From the NCBI GenBank assembly GCA_963842885.1, contig CAWJIE010000003.1, positions 64,001 to 128,000 of the forward strand: 64,000 nucleotides of DNA. The letters run 5' to 3'. A program made the position numbers and the translations under genes. This document shows, piece by piece, positions 59,652-64,000 of the stretch; position 1 is the stretch's first letter, and the number at the start of each line of letters is the position of its first letter. Origin of the DNA: an uncultured Nitrososphaerota archaeon. GTDB lineage: Archaea; Thermoproteota; Nitrososphaeria; Conexivisphaerales; DTJL01. The notes below the pieces were generated by a model. That model ran no database searches. It saw nothing but the letters and a program-made list of their open reading frames with translations, and was not told where the DNA came from.

Positions 59652-60287
59652 TTGAGCAGGGCCGATGAGATAACGAGTGAAGTGCGGAAGCTCGTTCTTA
59701 CATGCAAGGCGCTGGAGGCGCAGCTGCAGCAGTCCATACCTAAAAAGACCCACGAAGAGGAGGTCGCGAAGTTGCGCAGAGAGATAGACGACCTTCAGAG
59801 TCAGGTGAGCCTGACCAAGGGCGAGCTGGAGAAGACCATCAGCGTGGGAGCACGTCTAGGAGCGCTGGAGTCGAGGATAACCACCCTCTATGACGTCGTC
59901 GCCGCCCAAAACGAGGCGGTGAAGTCCCTGTCGGAGAAGCTCTCTGAGGGGACCGTCCCCTACCCACTTCATGCCCAGGACCTCACCCGGATTCAGCAGC
60001 TGGAGGAGCAGGTCTACACGATGGTCCCAGGGAGCGACGTCGAGGCGCTTAAGGGAGAGCTGGCGAATTCTGTCCCCAAAGCCAAGCTCGAAGAGGCGGA
60101 GAGGGCACTGGCTGACACCGTGCCGAAGGATCGCCTCGCGATGGCGGAGGCCAAGATCGCTGAGCTCGAAGCAGCGTTGGCCGACTCGGTCCCCCGTGGG
60201 ACGATGGAGGAGCTGAAGGAGAAGATCGCCTCACTGATGAAGGAAGCACCCGCCGTCGGAGAGGAGCCAGCCCCGCCACCGGCCTGA
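59652..60287 (+). CDS. Coiled-coil protein with six [ST/M][VI]P repeats
   Basis: SIPK, TVPY, MVPG, SVPK, TVPK and SVPR, each followed by amphipathic heptads. Confidence 0.8.
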   Translation: MSRADEITSEVRKLVLTCKALEAQLQQSIPKKTHEEEVAKLRREIDDLQSQVSLTKGELEKTISVGARLGALESRITTLYDVVAAQNEAVKSLSEKLSEGTVPYPLHAQDLTRIQQLEEQVYTMVPGSDVEALKGELANSVPKAKLEEAERALADTVPKDRLAMAEAKIAELEAALADSVPRGTMEELKEKIASLMKEAPAVGEEPAPPPA

Positions 60288-60829
60288 TGGATTCGGCGAG
60301 CCCAGGCCACCACGGGCATTTGTTCAAAGAGCACCCGTTGCCTTTCGTTAGATGCCTAGGATAGCCCACTATGACCTGCCACGGTTCTACGCTTGGTAAG
60401 CCTCTTGAACCCCTCGCGCCAAGCTCGAATCGACGAGATATGCTCCGACGGAATGCCGAGAGAGGCATCTCATCGAGCGACGCGCGGTTGCGGTTCAGGA
60501 TTGCCTGCATCCTGAAACTGAGAGGGCACTGCTGGGGTTCCTCGCTCGCTGTTCTGGCCCCCTAGAGATCGCCCACGGTCCTGGGCACCCTCGGAACAGG
60601 CTGCACTTCGCCCAGCGCCCACTATCCAGCTCACCAGACGCTCGATCCCTGTTCTTGCATCAGACGAAGAGAGGAGCCTCACCTCTTTGACGAGCCTGAG
60701 AAGGGCCATGCAGTTCTGCCCTTTGACGCGGCCCCTCCACACCTTCGCTCGCAACCTGGCCAGCTCCCACTCGCGCTTCCCCGAAAGTAGGAACGATTTA
60801 AGAGGTAGAAGGAGGAAGCTCAAGTAGCC

Positions 60830-61642
60830 TTGTCATTCTGCAAGAGCTGCGGCAAGGAGCTTCCCAGTAACGCCAGGTTCTGCCCTTCATGCGGTTCCCC
60901 AGTGGCCGACATCTCGTCCACGCCGACCCAGAACCACAGGACATTCGATGTGACCGCAAAGCCGCGGGTGGTGTTGGCCAGCTACGTCCCGGGAAAAATC
61001 GGAGTAAAGGCGGCCGGGGACGGGAAGGTCGACGTGGACCTCGACCTGAGGCGGGCCGAGGACATGGATTGGAACGTCTACCAGCAGGGCGACCTGATAA
61101 GCGTGTCTTTCAGGAACAACTCCCGCACCTACTGGAGCTGGGCTTCACATCCTGACGGCGGTCCCCGAGCGGATATATCGCTCTCCGTCCCGAAGGACTG
61201 CGACCTCGACCTCGAGAACAGGCTGGACAGGGTGTTCGTCAGCGGCATCCAGGGCGTCATCGTGGTGAACTCCGCCGTCGCCAGCGTCGAAGCGACGAAC
61301 TGCAGCGGCAGCATAAAGGTCAAAACGAGGACCGGCTCTATTTCGCTCGAAAACGTCAATGGTGCTGTCTCCGCCGAGACCGCCACGGGCCATGTCAGGT
61401 ACTCTGGTTCCCTGTCCAACGCCGAGAACTGGTTCCGCACCAGCGTGGGCACCATAGATATCTCTCTGAAAGGAGAGCCAGACCTGACCGTGGATGCCCA
61501 TTCAGGAATCGGTCCGGTGACCTGTACCCTTCCCCTTGTGGACTCGCGCAGCCAGGGAGGGAGGGTGTATGGACGTCTAGGCGCGGGGACTGGGCGGCTG
61601 AGGGCAGAGACGAGCACCGGAAGCATAAGGTTGGGGCTATAG
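60830..61642 (+). CDS. Zinc-ribbon plus DUF4097-like beta-strand repeat protein
   Basis: FCKSCG..FCPSCG; ISLSVP; repeated xTxxGxI units. Confidence 0.85.
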   Translation: MSFCKSCGKELPSNARFCPSCGSPVADISSTPTQNHRTFDVTAKPRVVLASYVPGKIGVKAAGDGKVDVDLDLRRAEDMDWNVYQQGDLISVSFRNNSRTYWSWASHPDGGPRADISLSVPKDCDLDLENRLDRVFVSGIQGVIVVNSAVASVEATNCSGSIKVKTRTGSISLENVNGAVSAETATGHVRYSGSLSNAENWFRTSVGTIDISLKGEPDLTVDAHSGIGPVTCTLPLVDSRSQGGRVYGRLGAGTGRLRAETSTGSIRLGL

Positions 61643-61726
61643 GGCCGCCTGACCACTAACGATGAAGGGACCCTTGCGCCCAACTACGTTTATATTTGCC
61701 TCCGACCACATTTGCATTGATTCGAC

Positions 61727-62152
61727 TTGAAGACATGGACAGCGATGTACGGGCTGATCTGGCTCTCTTTCATACAGATCCTATTCGGGTTCTGCTCCCC
61801 CTTCGGCAACGACGCGTTGACGGTGGCCGTTCATGCGCCCTTGGGCCTAGTGATATTCGCCCTCGCGTTCTACGTGAGCCGGAAGGTGTGGTCATCGACG
61901 TGCCCTGAGAGGATCAAGAGGATTACGAAGACCACCAGGAACCTTGCCCTCCTCCAGGGGATCATAGGCTTTGTCCTCGCAGGCGCGATTTCGATGAGCG
62001 CCGCGACGGTCTACCTCTGGGCCATCAGCTTCATCCATGTGGCGAACTCCCTGGCAATCATAACTCAGGCCTCATCCTCCGCCACCGCGTTCGACATGTG
62101 GGAAGAGAAGGAGTTCCAGGCGGCCACGATTCCCCCGACGCAGACCTCCTAG
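61727..62152 (+). CDS. Four-TM membrane protein with two intramembrane His
   Basis: IQILFG..VHAPLG..LQGIIG..IHVANS; TTTATAT about 30 nt upstream. Confidence 0.75.
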   Translation: MKTWTAMYGLIWLSFIQILFGFCSPFGNDALTVAVHAPLGLVIFALAFYVSRKVWSSTCPERIKRITKTTRNLALLQGIIGFVLAGAISMSAATVYLWAISFIHVANSLAIITQASSSATAFDMWEEKEFQAATIPPTQTS

Positions 62153-62155
62153 GGA

Positions 62156-62374
62156 TCACAGGTCATCTCTGAACATAATGTCGCTGTATCGACTTTCAAG
62201 ACGCCATAGCACGACAAGGAAGGGCATTCCAATCAGAGCGGCTCCGAAATAGGCCACCAGCAGGGGGAAGAGGAACGACAGCAGGAAGAGAGAGCCGAAT
62301 GTGGCGACGAGCGCGCTGGCTCCCGCCACGGCCACAAGTCTCTTGTATTTCTTCAGCTCCTTCTGCCTGTCCAA
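62156..62374 (-). CDS. Small two-TM protein
   Basis: Hydrophobic hairpin downstream of the M20 gene. Confidence 0.6.
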   Translation of the reverse strand: MDRQKELKKYKRLVAVAGASALVATFGSLFLLSFLFPLLVAYFGAALIGMPFLVVLWRLESRYSDIMFRDDL

Positions 62375-62405
62375 GGTAGATCGGACTGTCCCGGCTCCCT
62401 GGCCC

Positions 62406-63767
62406 CTACCCCTCGCCCGCGGACGCCAGCCGTTCGATGCCCCTAGCGAAGAATTGAATGGCCCTTCGGTAGTCCGCCTCCATTATGTGCTCGTTGGGGG
62501 CATGGTAACTCGAGCCCAGATATGAGACGCTGGGAGTCAGGACCGAAGGCACCTTGAGCTCGTTGATGAACAGAGAGATGGGTCCCGTGGCGGCCATGCT
62601 GGGCCACACGTTGGGGGTCATTCCGTACACCTGCTGGGCCGCGTCGACTAGCGGGGCCAGGAAGGGCGTGTTCAGCGGGGTCTTCCCGGGGAGCTCGCTG
62701 CTGTAGGACCGAAGCTGGACGTCAGTGCAGCCCAGACTATCTAGGTATCTCCTGACGGAGACGAAGATCTTGTCCGGGTCTTGGTTGGGGACCAGCCTGA
62801 AGTCGATCTTGACCATGACCTTTCGCGGCAGGACCGTCTTGGAGCCAGGCCCTCCGTATCCCGACACGAACCCAGCGATGTTGCAGGTAGGCGTGAAGAC
62901 GGTGTCGCGTGCCGTGCTCGAGCCGGGCGAAGGTCTGAGGAGGTCCTTTGCCCCCAGCGTCTTGCCGTAGGCTCCAGGGTCGAAGGCGTTGCGGTCCGTT
63001 CTTTCGAGCTCCTCCCCGGTGGGGGGGACTATATCATCGTAGAATCCGGGGATGAGGACCTTCCCGTTTTCGTCCTTGAAGTGGTTCAGGGCCCACACGA
63101 GCCTCCAGGCGGGGTTGGGCGCGACGGCAGCGTACATCGAGTGCAGGTCGAGCGAGGCCGTCTCGAGGGTCATCTCGATGTAGAGGAGACCCTTCGCGCC
63201 GAGGTAGAACTGCGGCCTTCCGTCGGCAGCCAAGTCGGACCCTTCCCATATGCATACGTCACCCTTCATCCTGTCGCCGAACCTCTTGACGAATTCATGG
63301 AGATGGGGGCTTCCTATCTCCTCTTCGCCCTCCGTCAAGAACTTCACGGAGACGGGGAGGCGCCCTCCCCTGGCGAGCAATACCTCGACGGCGTGAATCC
63401 GGGCCATCAGGTCTCCCTTATCGTCGGCGACGCCGCGGCCGAAGATTTTGCCGTCCTTGAGCTCGCCACCGAAAGGCTCCACCTTCCATTCGTCCAGTGG
63501 GTCCACGGGCTGCACGTCATAGTGATTGTAGAACACCAGCGTCCTTTCGCTGTTCCCCTTCAGGTCCGCTATAATCAGGGGCGGGGCGTCGGGGAGCATG
63601 AGCCGCTGCGTCCTAAATCCCAGGGAGTCCAGTTTTCTCGAGACGAAGTCCGCTGTCTCCGGTATGGCCTTCCCCTCCGCAGAGATGGTCGGAAAGGAGA
63701 TGAACTCCTTCAGCTCGCCGACGTAACCGTCGATCGACTTGGCTATCGCCCCCTTCAGTTCGTCCAT
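62406..63767 (-). CDS. M20/M25/M40 family metallopeptidase (ArgE/DapE-like)
   Basis: YNHYDVQP, GRGVADDKG, EGEEEIGS, DLHS, HAPNE. Confidence 0.95.
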   Translation of the reverse strand: MDELKGAIAKSIDGYVGELKEFISFPTISAEGKAIPETADFVSRKLDSLGFRTQRLMLPDAPPLIIADLKGNSERTLVFYNHYDVQPVDPLDEWKVEPFGGELKDGKIFGRGVADDKGDLMARIHAVEVLLARGGRLPVSVKFLTEGEEEIGSPHLHEFVKRFGDRMKGDVCIWEGSDLAADGRPQFYLGAKGLLYIEMTLETASLDLHSMYAAVAPNPAWRLVWALNHFKDENGKVLIPGFYDDIVPPTGEELERTDRNAFDPGAYGKTLGAKDLLRPSPGSSTARDTVFTPTCNIAGFVSGYGGPGSKTVLPRKVMVKIDFRLVPNQDPDKIFVSVRRYLDSLGCTDVQLRSYSSELPGKTPLNTPFLAPLVDAAQQVYGMTPNVWPSMAATGPISLFINELKVPSVLTPSVSYLGSSYHAPNEHIMEADYRRAIQFFARGIERLASAGEG

Positions 63768-63883
63768 GCCCCTTCCGTCGACCGGACCTTTCCTTAACCC
63801 TTTCGCGGGAAGGATGCCCCTCGTTTTCGACGCAGGAATTCGAGACACAATACTTGCCGTCCACTTTCCTGTCACTCCCGAAC

Positions 63884-64000
63884 ATGGCTCCGAAGGCGGC
63901 CAGTCGCAACGCGGGCTTGGCCATGACGGTGCTGGCGAACCTCCTCTGGGGGACGGTCTTCGTAGCCTCCAGCGTAGGTCTGACCTACGCCGACCCCTAT
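63884..64000 (+). CDS. DMT/EamA transporter, N-terminus only
   Basis: MAPKAASRNAGLAMTVLANLLWGTVFVASSVGLTYADP (LWG..F motif); runs off the window edge. Confidence 0.7.
   Translation, partial: MAPKAASRNAGLAMTVLANLLWGTVFVASSVGLTYADPY

Noticed and set aside
6270-63797. Long antisense or alternate-frame ORFs (e.g. 6270-7277, 9824-10756, 25663-26442, 50199-51116, 62781-63797, and the N-terminal half of 33432-34904)
   Set aside because: These are shadow ORFs of GC-rich genes with clear motifs on the other strand or frame.

Overview
This is a gene-dense, GC-rich archaeal chromosomal segment. Evidence: Alba, GGPP synthase, a NitrOD5-like/MEDS protein, and TATA boxes about 25-35 nt before frequently TTG-initiated, leaderless genes. 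It most resembles heterotrophic non-ammonia-oxidising Nitrososphaerota (inference). It is an accessory-type region with transporters (Nramp, NCS1, CDF, MFS, five ABC exporters), cytochrome bd, a core-MetE-like protein, a Tat-exported xanthine-oxidase-family molybdoenzyme operon, many small hypotheticals and several decayed gene remnants. I could not support any rRNA, tRNA, CRISPR array or IS element. Three observations stand out. (1) A 32-bp operator-plus-TATA element occurs four times (14315, 24205, 24333, 26618). It links an ArsR-like wHTH/membrane-protein pair, a MacB-type ABC transporter, unannotated small ORFs and an unknown protein, suggesting a candidate one-component-plus-membrane-sensor regulon. 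(2) Three dispersed paralogs of a family I do not recognise share the invariant motif RHVIKRYLxRxGF. (3) The exported molybdoenzyme has a poly-Ser tether and a Cys in its active-site loop (AWRCVG), at the position of the Cu-binding Cys of aerobic CO dehydrogenase. Patches of single-base indels (cydB, 15.9-18.6 kb, 32.7 kb, 52.6-53.3 kb) look like long-read errors rather than biology. All calls are from manual motif reading; no database search was run.
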